Origin: Kiritimatiellia bacterium
GTDB lineage: Bacteria > Verrucomicrobiota > Kiritimatiellia > JAAZAB01
Direction of reading: 5' to 3'
DNA: 64,000 bases
Assembly (NCBI GenBank): GCA_040767085.1
Contig: JAXGPF010000005.1
Location: 8,343-72,342, forward strand
Shown piece by piece: positions 47,057 to 56,961 of the stretch (its first letter is position 1; each line of letters begins with the position of its first letter). The notes beneath the pieces are model-generated. The model did not search any database and was not told the DNA's origin. It saw only the letters and a list, made by a program, of their open reading frames with translations. The position numbers and the translations under genes are program-made.

Positions 47057-50000
47057 CCTACCCTCCCCGGGACGCGCTGATCCGCCGGAAACGCGCCGAT
47101 GTCGGCCCCGTTTTCGCCCGCGCCCACAGCCGGGCTGTCCGGCCGCAGATGAAAATTGGCGTTCGTTTCACCATGGCCGACCGGCATCAACTCAAACAAC
47201 GGATCCGCCGCCAGGCTATGCCGGTCATGACCGGTCAAGTTTCGCCATTCGTCCAAATCCCGCGCCAGCAAGGTGGTGACGCGCGCATTATTCTGGAACT
47301 GGCCGATGGCGAGCTGGTGCGCATGCGGGGAGAAGAACAGGTTGTAATCGCTGGAAAAGTTTTTAACTTCGCCGCGCAGGTAATAACGCGGGTTGTTTTT
47401 CTTGGGGCTGCAGGGCAGGTAAAAAATATTGTTCACGAAACGCGCACCGTCGGTGCCGGCGGTAATGACCGCATGGTAGATATTAACTCGCGCGAAAGTA
47501 TTGTTGCGCACCAGCACATTCCGGCAGCGGCCGTCCAGGCGCAAGTGATAGGCGCCGCCCCAGAACAGGTTGCCCTCCAACCGCAAATCCCGGCAGTCGC
47601 TGACCGCGGCCAGGATGCCGACATCGCGGGTCATGGCCTCCATACGGCAATTTAACAGTTCCACACCTTGGCAATCATCAAACCTGAACAAGCCCGAGCG
47701 GTCGCCGGACGGCGCGTGGATGAAGGTGAACCCGTCAATGGTGACATGGTCGCAACCCGCAAGAAGCACCAGCGGCGCCGCGTAAAACTCGCCGTCCACG
47801 ACCACCGCGCCGGCGCCCTGGCGCCGGAAAACCAAACGCTGATCCGCCGTGCCGCCGAGCAACGGCCGGATAACATCCCGGTAAGTCCCCGCCGCCACCA
47901 GCACCTTGTCGCCCGGCCCGGCGGTGGCGCAAGCCTTGCGTAAAGTGCGCCAGGCTTTGTCGGGCGCCTGGCCATAGGCGGCGTCATCGCCGTCGGGCGC
48001 CACGTAATATGTCTGCGCGGGCGGCGCATCCGCCGCCGCCGGCGTTGTGAAGCCCAGCAATTCCCCGATGCGCTCGCCGCCGCGGCGCCCAACGGCCACG
48101 ATGCGGCAGACATATTCCGCCGCCGGTTGCAGGCTGGAAAGTCCCGCCCCATGCACCGTCCCCTGGGCGGTGGCGCGGGAGGTCTGCCATGCGCCGCCGG
48201 CCGCCGGCCGGAACTCCACCCGGCAGACCGTATCGTCGAACGGCGTGGTCCAATGCAACAGGGCGGCCGTGGGCCATGTCCGGACTACCTGCGCATCGGC
48301 TATCTGCGGCGCGCGCGGCACGCCGCCGGCGGCGCCGGGCGGCTGCCCGTCAGGAGCGATAAAAGCCGTCGGACTGTCCCAGCGCAGGCGAAAATCATCC
48401 GCCGCGGGGTTTTCAAACACGGGCGGCGCGGCCAGGCTGCCGCATTCCTCCGCCTCCGGCCGGTGCAGGCCGGGACCGAAATAGCAATTCTGGCCGGCGG
48501 CATAACCGGCGCGGGAATCCCCGTCAACCTCCGTCTGGGCCAGGCGGTTGCCGGCAATGACGCATTCGCGCACTTCCGCACACGTGGACGATTCGGCCAG
48601 GACCAGTCCCCGGTCGCATTCGATGATGGTTAAACGATACAAGGCCAGGTATGGAGCCTGGCGCGCATGCACCCCGGCCGCGGCCCGTCGCACCAGGCAC
48701 TCGCGCAGCGCGACCCGCGGCGCCAATACCGCCACGGCGCTGGACGGCGCCACGGCAGCGCGCGGCAGCCGGCTGCCGTCAATTGCAAACCCGGCTAATT
48801 CCACGTGCGGCGCGCGGATTTCCGCCGCCGGCAGGACGGCCGGCCCCCTCCCGTAAGCGCGGACCGCCACCGGGGCGCCCTCCGTGCCGCCGCGGTCCAC
48901 AACCAGCTGCTCCGTATAATGTCCCGGCAGAACATAGAGCGCATCGCCAGGATGCAATGCCGCCACGGCGCGCTGAAAAGTCCTGAACGCCAGGCGTTCC
49001 GAGGTGCCGGCGGCGGCATCGTTGCCGCCGGGCCCGATGTAATAGACGCTGGTGGTTTGCCGTGGAACCGGTCCGCGGTTGTAGCCGTTCAAGCCGGCGC
49101 CGCGCAAGGGGCTGTCGGATTGCAGCCGGTAATCATGCCAGGCGGGATCGGCAAACCGGGCGGCCTGCATGGCGGCGGCGTCGCCCAGCCCGCCGGCGTT
49201 GTTGATAAACGCACGGTCAGGCGCAGCCCAGTCGCCGCCAACGCCGCCCGGGCCGAGCGGCGCTCCTTCCCAGGCGATATTCGGGCCAATCAGGTTGTTC
49301 CTCAGCACCACGCGGGAGTCAGGCGCCAGGCCGCGCGTGCCGGAACAATACAATCCAGCAAAAACATTGCCCTGGACAATCGCGCCCGGCGATACGGGTT
49401 TCCATTCCAGCAATGAATGGCCTGCCACCACGTTATCCGCCCAGTGATTGCTCGCGGCGTTCAGGGTGCCGCCGTAATTGGCCAGCACGCTGCCGCTGGC
49501 CCAGGTCCGTACACGGGAGGAAGGCGGACGGACATGCACCAGGTTGCGCCGGATCAAATTATTGCGGGCATTCTGAGTGAAGCAGGCGCCGCGGAAGCCG
49601 CCGCTGAGAAACACGTTGTTCCGCACCAGGCAGCGTTCGGCGCCGACGGTGAGCAGCACCCCGGCATTTTCGTTGGCGAAAAAGACACAATCTTCTATCG
49701 TGTTATGCTGGCCGCCCAACGGGCGGTCCAATCCCGGCACGGGCGCGCCGGTGCGGAAACTGGCATTGGCGCCGACCACCACGGACTCCATGTGATGCTT
49801 GAACCAGAGTCCTTGCACCAGCACATAGTCGCCGTGGATGCGCAGTCCGTGGCGCACGTCGCGCGGACCGCCCAGGGCGCCGGCGCCCTCGAGGTAAGCC
49901 TCCGGGAAGGCATATTGTTGCGCCGCCGCAGTCACGGGCATGAGGCGCACCCCGCGGTTGGCGGCCGCGTCCCGGCTGTCTGAGAAATGAACATACAGCC

Positions 50001-50622
50001 GGTTGCCAGCCGGGTCATGCCAGTAAGCGCCGGGCAATTCATCCGCCAAGGCGGCCGAAGGCACGCGCTGCAATTCTATATTCCGCAGGTTTTCCCACAC
50101 TGTGGCCAGGACCGGATAAGGGCTGGGCGCCGACCATAAATAACGCCACTTCGGCGCGCGCTGAAAATCATCCAGGACCGGCGCGCCGCTGATGATCACC
50201 CGGCTGCGCGGCGCGGCCATGATCCGGATCGGCCGGCCGGGCGCGCCGGTTTGCGGCCGGCGCACATTGATTTCCAGTTGCGGCTCAAGGTATTCGCCTT
50301 CGCCGATGAGCAGCGTGTCGCCCGCCTGCAGTTCCGGCAGGCCGCGCCGGATGGTGCGCCAGGCGGAGGCGGGCGACAGCCCGTCGGCGGCGTCATCGCC
50401 GGCGTTCGCCACGTAAAAAGTCCGGCCCGGGGCCAGCAGCGGGCCGCAGCCGTAATCCTCCTCACGCCAGGCGGCCGGCTCAGCCAACTGCCGCAGCGTC
50501 TCCGATTCCTGGTTGGTTTCCATCACTTCCGCTTCCATGACCGCCCCCGGAGCGGCGGCGCCCAGGCACGTTCCAATCAAAATCAATCCGCCGAGACGCA
50601 TTGTGAATTTCTCCGCGCGCAT
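47053..50622 (-). CDS. giant secreted right-handed beta-helix repeat protein (about 1190 aa)
   Basis: ORF track 47053..50682; start ambiguous (ATG 50622 or 50601, latter followed by signal peptide MRLGGLILIGTCLGAAAPGA); repeated beta-helix-like segments. Confidence 0.6.
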   Translation of the reverse strand: MRAEKFTMRLGGLILIGTCLGAAAPGAVMEAEVMETNQESETLRQLAEPAAWREEDYGCGPLLAPGRTFYVANAGDDAADGLSPASAWRTIRRGLPELQAGDTLLIGEGEYLEPQLEINVRRPQTGAPGRPIRIMAAPRSRVIISGAPVLDDFQRAPKWRYLWSAPSPYPVLATVWENLRNIELQRVPSAALADELPGAYWHDPAGNRLYVHFSDSRDAAANRGVRLMPVTAAAQQYAFPEAYLEGAGALGGPRDVRHGLRIHGDYVLVQGLWFKHHMESVVVGANASFRTGAPVPGLDRPLGGQHNTIEDCVFFANENAGVLLTVGAERCLVRNNVFLSGGFRGACFTQNARNNLIRRNLVHVRPPSSRVRTWASGSVLANYGGTLNAASNHWADNVVAGHSLLEWKPVSPGAIVQGNVFAGLYCSGTRGLAPDSRVVLRNNLIGPNIAWEGAPLGPGGVGGDWAAPDRAFINNAGGLGDAAAMQAARFADPAWHDYRLQSDSPLRGAGLNGYNRGPVPRQTTSVYYIGPGGNDAAAGTSERLAFRTFQRAVAALHPGDALYVLPGHYTEQLVVDRGGTEGAPVAVRAYGRGPAVLPAAEIRAPHVELAGFAIDGSRLPRAAVAPSSAVAVLAPRVALRECLVRRAAAGVHARQAPYLALYRLTIIECDRGLVLAESSTCAEVRECVIAGNRLAQTEVDGDSRAGYAAGQNCYFGPGLHRPEAEECGSLAAPPVFENPAADDFRLRWDSPTAFIAPDGQPPGAAGGVPRAPQIADAQVVRTWPTAALLHWTTPFDDTVCRVEFRPAAGGAWQTSRATAQGTVHGAGLSSLQPAAEYVCRIVAVGRRGGERIGELLGFTTPAAADAPPAQTYYVAPDGDDAAYGQAPDKAWRTLRKACATAGPGDKVLVAAGTYRDVIRPLLGGTADQRLVFRRQGAGAVVVDGEFYAAPLVLLAGCDHVTIDGFTFIHAPSGDRSGLFRFDDCQGVELLNCRMEAMTRDVGILAAVSDCRDLRLEGNLFWGGAYHLRLDGRCRNVLVRNNTFARVNIYHAVITAGTDGARFVNNIFYLPCSPKKNNPRYYLRGEVKNFSSDYNLFFSPHAHQLAIGQFQNNARVTTLLARDLDEWRNLTGHDRHSLAADPLFELMPVGHGETNANFHLRPDSPAVGAGENGADIGAFPADQRVPGRVG

Positions 50623-50775
50623 GCCATCTATCTTGAAAACCCGGAAAAGTCTGCCATCGTCCGCCGTGAATGGCAAGCGCAAACGCGGTGGATAGGGATT
50701 GACAGACAGCGCCCTCCATGCATATTATGCGCCCGTTAATCCACGCAGGCTGCTGCGTCACGGAAAGGAACCACG

Positions 50776-51675
50776 ATGTATTTCACCGGATTCGCGGACG
50801 AGGCCGGCAAGGAACTGGGGACTCAAATCAAGGTCACCCGGGAACTGGGCTGGCAAAACATCGAAGCCCGCGGCATCCAGGTGGACGGCTTCCCCGCCGG
50901 CAATCTGCATGACATCCCGGACGCCGCTTTCGAGCGGGCGGCGGAACAGCTTGCGGCCGCCGGCGTGCAAATCAACTGCTTCGGCTCGGCCATCGGCAAT
51001 TGGGGCAAGAAAATTGACGAACCCTTCGATTCCTCGCTCGCGGAAATCCGCCGCGCCATCCCCCGCATGCAGCGCCTGGGCACGAAGCTGGTGCGCATCA
51101 TGAGTTTTGCCGTGCGCGACGGCGATGATCAGATGGAAAACGAGCGCTTCCGGCGCGTGCGCGAAATCCAGCGTATGTTTTCCGATGCCGGGCTGACTCC
51201 GGTGCATGAAAACTGCATGAATTACGGCGGTATGGGCTGGCCTTTCACCCTGAAATTGCTGGAAAACGTGCCGGGGCTGCAACTGGTGTTCGACACCGGC
51301 AACCCCATATTCAGCGATGACCGCAGCCGGCCGCCGCCCTACCCCAAACAATCCTCCTGGGAATTTTACCGCCATGTGCGCGACCGGGTGGTTTACATCC
51401 ACATCAAGGACGGCCGGGTAGATCCGGCGACCGGCCAAAGGACCTATACCTATCCCGGCGAAGGCGAAGGCGACGTGCGGCGCATCATACAGGACCTGCT
51501 GGAACGCGGCTACGACGGCGGCATTTCCATTGAACCGCACATGGGCGCGGTTTACCACGATCCCGCCTCCCGGCATGCTTTGAATGCGCCTGATATTTAC
51601 GTGGAATACGGGCGGCGCATGATGCGCATGGTGCGGGAACTTCAGGGCGAAGCCCCGCGGGCCGGCCGCGCTTGA
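50776..51675 (+). CDS. sugar phosphate isomerase/epimerase (xylose-isomerase-like TIM barrel)
   Basis: ORF track; pattern recognition only. Confidence 0.65.
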   Translation: MYFTGFADEAGKELGTQIKVTRELGWQNIEARGIQVDGFPAGNLHDIPDAAFERAAEQLAAAGVQINCFGSAIGNWGKKIDEPFDSSLAEIRRAIPRMQRLGTKLVRIMSFAVRDGDDQMENERFRRVREIQRMFSDAGLTPVHENCMNYGGMGWPFTLKLLENVPGLQLVFDTGNPIFSDDRSRPPPYPKQSSWEFYRHVRDRVVYIHIKDGRVDPATGQRTYTYPGEGEGDVRRIIQDLLERGYDGGISIEPHMGAVYHDPASRHALNAPDIYVEYGRRMMRMVRELQGEAPRAGRA

Positions 51676-51777
51676 ACGGAACGGCAGCAGCCAATCTTAC
51701 AGGAACAGGAACGGCGGAAGCGCAGGCCGGCCGCGCCCCGCCAATCCCAGCGACTTGTGAAAGCAACCGGCGCGACA

Positions 51778-52566
51778 ATGAATATCCTGGGCCGGATCGG
51801 GGCGCGCGCCATCGCCCGGCTGGCGGGGATCAATTACCTGGCGGCCGCCGCCGGAACGCTGCTCTGGCTGGCCTGGCAGCCCCGGCACTGGCCGCGCACC
51901 ACCCGTAATGTTTTCGCCCGCCAGCTTTTATTCACCGGCTTCGAGGCCTTGAACTTTGTGGCGCTGGCGGCGCTGATGGCCGGCATCTCGGTGGTGGTGC
52001 AAGCCCAATTATGGCTGGGCAAGGCCGGCCAGACCGAGCTGCTTGGCAAAATCCTGGTCATGGTCATCATCCGGGAACTGGGTCCGCTGCTGGTGAATTT
52101 CATCATCATCGGCCGCAGCGGCAATGCCATCGCCACGGAACTGGCCGGCATGAAAATCAATGGCGAAATCCAGGTGCTCGAGTCGCAGGGAATCGACACT
52201 TTGCTGTATCTGGCCATGCCCCGCGCCCTGGCCATGGCGCTGGCGGTGCTGTGCCTGACCGTCTGGTTCATTGTCATTTCGTTCGCCGGCGGTTATATTT
52301 GCGGCATCCTGGCGGGCGTCGGCGCCGGCGATCCGCTGATTTTTCTGGACAGCGTGCTGAAGGGACTGCGGCCGGCGGATGTCTTCAACCTGCTCTTCAA
52401 GACCCTGGCCCCCGGCATGGCGACGGGCATGATTTGCGTGATGGAAGGCTTAAGCGTCAAAACCGCCTTGACGGAAGTGCCGCAAGCCGCGACGCGCGCC
52501 GTCGTCGCTTCAATCGGAGCGCTCTTCGTCATTTCCGCCATGATTTCCGTGATCACTTATTTGTAA
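51778..52566 (+). CDS. mlaE: MlaE-family ABC transporter permease
   Basis: ORF track 51757..52566 trimmed to ATG 51778; MlaE-like VIIRELGPLLVNFIIIGRSGNAIATELAGMK. Confidence 0.8.
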   Translation: MNILGRIGARAIARLAGINYLAAAAGTLLWLAWQPRHWPRTTRNVFARQLLFTGFEALNFVALAALMAGISVVVQAQLWLGKAGQTELLGKILVMVIIRELGPLLVNFIIIGRSGNAIATELAGMKINGEIQVLESQGIDTLLYLAMPRALAMALAVLCLTVWFIVISFAGGYICGILAGVGAGDPLIFLDSVLKGLRPADVFNLLFKTLAPGMATGMICVMEGLSVKTALTEVPQAATRAVVASIGALFVISAMISVITYL

Positions 52567-52604
52567 GGAATTAGGCTGAACGCGCCGGCGCCAAAGGAAA
52601 CGGC

Positions 52605-53300
52605 ATGCCAGAATCTGAAGTCATTTTAGATTTCGACCGGGCGCTGCCAGCGCCCCTGCCGGGGCAGACCCCGATGGAGGAGTTTACCCTGCAACTGCGC
52701 GCCGGCGAAATCCTCCTGGTGCGGGTGGAGCCAGGCAACGAACAATTGCCCCTGGCCGATGCCGCCCTGGGACTGGCGCCTCCGGCGCGAGGCCGGGTGC
52801 TGTTCCTGGGGACCGACTGGCAAGCTGCCGCGCCGGATGCAGCTTTAAGGATGCGCGCGCGCATCGGACGGGTTTTCGACCGCAGCGGCTGGATCAGCAA
52901 CCTGGACGTCATCGAAAACATCACCCTGGCCCAGCGCCACCATACCCGGCGGCCCATCGCCGAGATCGAGGAGGAAGCGCAGCAACTGGCGCGGCAGTTC
53001 GGTCTGGCGGGCGTGCCCCCGGGCCGTCCGGCCGGCGTGCCGCACCGGGACTTGCGCCGGGCGGAATGGGCGCGGGCATGGATGGGCCGGCCGGACCTGG
53101 TCTGCCTGGAGCGGCCGGGCCAGGGCGTAGCCAATGAACACATCGCCGGCCTGGCGGCCGCCGTCCGTCAATTATGCGCGCGCGGTGGAGCGGCGCTCTG
53201 GATCGCCGGCGACGCCCGGGAAATCGAGGCGGTCGGCGCGGGAGCAAATATTCGGCGCCGGGCCATGCGCGGCCCGGCGCTGTCGGAGGAAAACTTATGA
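52605..53300 (+). CDS. degenerate MlaF-like ABC ATPase homolog lacking Walker A, signature, Walker B and H-loop
   Basis: ORF track; collinear with MlaF by eye, but GPSGxGKT position reads VEPGNEQL, LSGG position reads VPHRD, hhhhDEP reads LVCLERP, H-loop His absent (IAGDA); stop overlaps mlaD start as ATGA. Confidence 0.6.
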   Translation: MPESEVILDFDRALPAPLPGQTPMEEFTLQLRAGEILLVRVEPGNEQLPLADAALGLAPPARGRVLFLGTDWQAAAPDAALRMRARIGRVFDRSGWISNLDVIENITLAQRHHTRRPIAEIEEEAQQLARQFGLAGVPPGRPAGVPHRDLRRAEWARAWMGRPDLVCLERPGQGVANEHIAGLAAAVRQLCARGGAALWIAGDAREIEAVGAGANIRRRAMRGPALSEENL

Positions 53301-54094
53301 ATACAGCCTTTAAATTCCGGTTTGTCAACGAAATCACCGGCGCCTTCGTCCTGTTGGCCGTGGCGGCCCTGGCGGCGGGCATTTTTTTCGCCGGCCGGGC
53401 GCAAGGCCTGTTTGAGCCGAAATTTCACCTGCACGCGCGGTTTACCACTGACGAAGGCAGTTTCGGCTTGAAGCGCGGCGCCGAAGTCCGCATCCGCGAT
53501 ACCGCCGCCGGCAGCGTTATCCGGCTGGCGCCGGACGCTGAAGGCAACATCCAGGCCACCTTCGAAATCAAGGAGAGTTTCCATGGATTTGTGCGCACCA
53601 GTTCCCGCGCCGTGGTCCGCAAGACCCTGGTGGTGGCCGGCGACGCCTACGTGGAAATCCTGGTCGGCAGCCGCCAGGATCCGCTGCTGCCGCACAACGC
53701 TTTGATCGAATGCGTCAAAGACACGGAAATCATCGGGCAGGCGATGAAACTGCTGGACGACCTGCGCGCGCAAACCATCCCGGCGCTGGAAAAACTGAGG
53801 GAGTTCCTCGACCAACTCCCCGCCGTTGCCGCGCAAACCACCGGCACGCTCGCCGCCGCCGAGACGCTTCTGCGCGTGGAAGCGCCGGCTTTAACCAGGC
53901 AAACCCGCGCCACGCTCGGCGCCGCCGAAGAACTCCTGCGTCGGGAAGCCCCCGACCTGGCCCGGCAAACCCAGGACACGCTCCGGGAAACCCAAAAAAT
54001 TCTCGATGGGTTGCAACGCCACTGGCTCCTGCGCAAGTACATGCCCCCGCCGGAGCATGACCTGCTGCTGGCGCCGGAGGGCATCGGCCCATGA
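53297..54094 (+). CDS. mlaD: MlaD-like MCE-domain protein
   Basis: ORF track 53174..54094 trimmed to ATG 53297; N-terminal TM helix, MCE domain, C-terminal coiled coil. Confidence 0.75.
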   Translation: MNTAFKFRFVNEITGAFVLLAVAALAAGIFFAGRAQGLFEPKFHLHARFTTDEGSFGLKRGAEVRIRDTAAGSVIRLAPDAEGNIQATFEIKESFHGFVRTSSRAVVRKTLVVAGDAYVEILVGSRQDPLLPHNALIECVKDTEIIGQAMKLLDDLRAQTIPALEKLREFLDQLPAVAAQTTGTLAAAETLLRVEAPALTRQTRATLGAAEELLRREAPDLARQTQDTLRETQKILDGLQRHWLLRKYMPPPEHDLLLAPEGIGP

Positions 54095-54164
54095 CTGCCG
54101 GCGCCGCGGCCGAACCGCGGTTTGAACATTCCGCATTCAGAACAAATCAAACAGCGAGCCAACT

Positions 54165-55097
54165 ATGAAAAATATCCTCCATAGCATCAGGCTATGCCTG
54201 TGCTTGTGCGCCGGCGTCTTGGCCCTGGCCGGTTGCCGTACCCCGCCGCCCCAGCGGCTGGACCCGGCCATCGAGCGGGAAGCCGCCGCCGGACGCAGCG
54301 CCTATGCCGCCGGATCGCTCGACCGCGCCGCCGTCTCTTTCGAGCGCGCCCTGCAGCGCGCCCGCCTGGTGGATGACAGCGCCGAAATCGCCCGCAACGC
54401 TTACAACCTGGCGGCTTGCCTGTCCGCGCTCCAGCGCTGGGATGATGCCGCCCTCCGCCTGGATGAAGCCGCGGCTGCCGCCGGCCCGCCGGCGCCGGCG
54501 GAATTCGTCATGCTGCGGATCAAGATTTTACGCGGCGCCGGCCGGACCAACGACGCCATTGCGCACGCTCGCGGCTGGCTGGATGACAGCCGCCGGTCTC
54601 CCCGTGCCGCTGAACGCCGGCCGGCCATGCAGGTTTTGCTCGCCGACATGCTGTGCGATGCCGGCGACCAGGCGGGCGCCGCGTCGGCGCTGGCGCAGGT
54701 TTCGGAACAATCGGCCGCCACCGCCGATCGCCTGACCCATGCCGATTGGCTGCGCACCCGGGCCCGGATCGCCGCCGCCAAGGGCGACCAAACCGCCGCC
54801 GGTCATTTATTCGACCAGGCCGCGGAAACTTGCCGGCAAGCCGCCCGTTATGCGGTCATGGCCGCCTGCCTGGCCGACGCCGGCCGCGCTTATGCCGCGC
54901 AGGGTGAACGCGCCGCCGCCGCCGACCGCCTGTACCGCGCCGCCCGCAGCCTGCACGAGCAAGGCGCGCCGGCCCCGGCCCGGGCCCTGTTGGACCAGGC
55001 ACGTCCTCTGGCCAGCGGCACCGCGCGCCAACTCATTGAAAATCTGGCCGCTGAAATTGACCAAGCCGATCAGGATGTCCAGAACGTCCAGCCTTAA
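54165..55097 (+). CDS. Ala-rich TPR-like lipoprotein downstream of Mla-like genes
   Basis: ORF track; lipobox LALAGC. Confidence 0.5.
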   Translation: MKNILHSIRLCLCLCAGVLALAGCRTPPPQRLDPAIEREAAAGRSAYAAGSLDRAAVSFERALQRARLVDDSAEIARNAYNLAACLSALQRWDDAALRLDEAAAAAGPPAPAEFVMLRIKILRGAGRTNDAIAHARGWLDDSRRSPRAAERRPAMQVLLADMLCDAGDQAGAASALAQVSEQSAATADRLTHADWLRTRARIAAAKGDQTAAGHLFDQAAETCRQAARYAVMAACLADAGRAYAAQGERAAAADRLYRAARSLHEQGAPAPARALLDQARPLASGTARQLIENLAAEIDQADQDVQNVQP

Positions 55098-55135
55098 ATG
55101 GCGGGCAGTCCCGGCAAATTCGACCCAGGCCGAGC

Positions 55136-56152
55136 ATGGAAACCATTACCCCGCCAACTTCGCCGGCCGTCCCGGCATCCTGCGCCGGCATTCCGGCGGC
55201 CGCCGCCTGCCTGAGGGCCGGCGGCCTGGCGGTCTTTCCCACCGAGACGGTTTACGGACTGGGCGCCATTTATAACAATCTGCCGGCGCTGGCCCGTATT
55301 TTTGAAATCAAAAACCGGCCGCGTTTTGATCCGCTGATCGTGCATATCGCCGACCTGGCACAGATGGCTGGCCTGGCCGCCGCGATTCCGCCGGCCGCCC
55401 TGGCCCTGGCGGAAAAATTCTGGCCCGGCCCCCTGACCCTGGTGCTGCCAAAACGCGACTGCGTCCCCGACCTGGCCACCGCCGGCATGCCCAGTGTAGC
55501 CCTGCGCATGCCCCGGCATCCGCTGGCGCTGGAACTGATCGAAAGCGCCGGTGCGCCGCTCGCGGCGCCCAGCGCCAACCGGTTCGGCGGCATCAGCCCG
55601 ACTACCGCCGCGGCGGCGCGCGCGGAACTGGGGGCGGCCGTGGAGATTTACCTGGACGGCGGCCCATGCGTTGTGGGATTGGAATCCACCGTGCTTTCCC
55701 TGCTGGAACCGGCGCCGGTGCTGCTGCGGCCTGGCGGCATCACCCTGGAAGCCATCGCCCGTGTGGCCGGCGGGGTGCGCCTGCCCGCCGGCGATGCCGA
55801 ACGCCGGCGCCTCAGTCCCGGCGGACTTCCGCGCCATTACGCCCCGGCCACCCCGTTGCGCCTGTGGCAGCCTCCCGACCCGCCGCCGGATGCCGGCCGC
55901 GCGGCCTTGCTAACGCCATTGCCAGTGCCGGGAACCGAAGCTTTCGCCCAAGCGGAAATCCTGGCGCCGGACGGCGATCTGGCCGCGGCCGCGGCCGATT
56001 TATTTGCCGCGCTGCGTCGGCTGGATGCGGCGGGCTGGCCCTGCCTTTACGCGGTCCTGGCGCCGGAAGAAGGTCTGGGCCGGGCTATCAATGACCGCCT
56101 GCGCCGCGCCGCCGCTCCCGGCCGCTCTGCGCCGGCGGATGCGCGCGGCTGA
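55136..56152 (+). CDS. L-threonylcarbamoyladenylate synthase (Sua5/TsaC family, long form)
   Basis: ORF track; FPTETVYGLGA; C-terminal Sua5-like domain. Confidence 0.85.
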   Translation: METITPPTSPAVPASCAGIPAAAACLRAGGLAVFPTETVYGLGAIYNNLPALARIFEIKNRPRFDPLIVHIADLAQMAGLAAAIPPAALALAEKFWPGPLTLVLPKRDCVPDLATAGMPSVALRMPRHPLALELIESAGAPLAAPSANRFGGISPTTAAAARAELGAAVEIYLDGGPCVVGLESTVLSLLEPAPVLLRPGGITLEAIARVAGGVRLPAGDAERRRLSPGGLPRHYAPATPLRLWQPPDPPPDAGRAALLTPLPVPGTEAFAQAEILAPDGDLAAAAADLFAALRRLDAAGWPCLYAVLAPEEGLGRAINDRLRRAAAPGRSAPADARG

Positions 56153-56218
56153 TCCGCCTCCTGGAATCCGCCTCCTGGAACTTGACAACCGGCAGAGGCC
56201 GGGTTATGGTGCCTATAC

Positions 56219-56860
56219 ATGCAAGCAATCGCGGCAGCGCATATCGGCAAATTTGTCCAGGCCTGCCGGGAGGCAGGCCGCCGCGGCCTGGTGCGCGCCA
56301 GCAGCGGCAACCTGTCCCTGCGGATTCCCGGCGGCCGCATGCTGGTCACGGCATCGCGCAGTTGGCTGGGACGTTTGACCGCAATGGACGTCTCCGTCTG
56401 CCGCATCAGCGACGGTGCGCCGCTGGCGGGGTGCCCGCCTTCGGTTGAGTCGGCCTTCCACGCGGGCATTTTCCAAGCGCGGCCGGATATACATGTTGTG
56501 CTGCATTTCCAGACGCCCTGCGCCACCGCGCTGGCCTGCCGGGCGGCGCCGCCGCGAAACTACTTTGTCATTCCGGAAATTCCGTTTTACATCGGCCCGG
56601 TGGCCGCCGTGCCCTACCTGCCGCCCGGGTCGCCGGCATTAGCTCGTGCGGTCATCGCGGCCATGCGCGGACACAACCTGGCTATGCTGGCCAATCATGG
56701 CCAGGTCACAGCGGCCTGCGATCTGGATCACGCGCTGCAGAATGCCGAGTTTTTCGAGCTGGCCTGCGAGATCATACTCCGCGGCGGCAAACAAGTCAGG
56801 CCGCTGCCCAAAAAGGCGGCGCAGGCGCTGCAAGCGGCCGCCCGCCCGGCCGTCTGCTAG
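56219..56860 (+). CDS. class II aldolase/adducin family protein
   Basis: ORF track; pattern recognition only. Confidence 0.7.
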   Translation: MQAIAAAHIGKFVQACREAGRRGLVRASSGNLSLRIPGGRMLVTASRSWLGRLTAMDVSVCRISDGAPLAGCPPSVESAFHAGIFQARPDIHVVLHFQTPCATALACRAAPPRNYFVIPEIPFYIGPVAAVPYLPPGSPALARAVIAAMRGHNLAMLANHGQVTAACDLDHALQNAEFFELACEIILRGGKQVRPLPKKAAQALQAAARPAVC

Positions 56861-56961
56861 AACTAGGGGAAGATTCTCTCACGAAGCCGCAAAGACATCA
56901 AGACGGATGAAAACCAAATTTTCACGGGACGCCCCGCAGGCGCCGGCGGTCCGGCCGCGCT

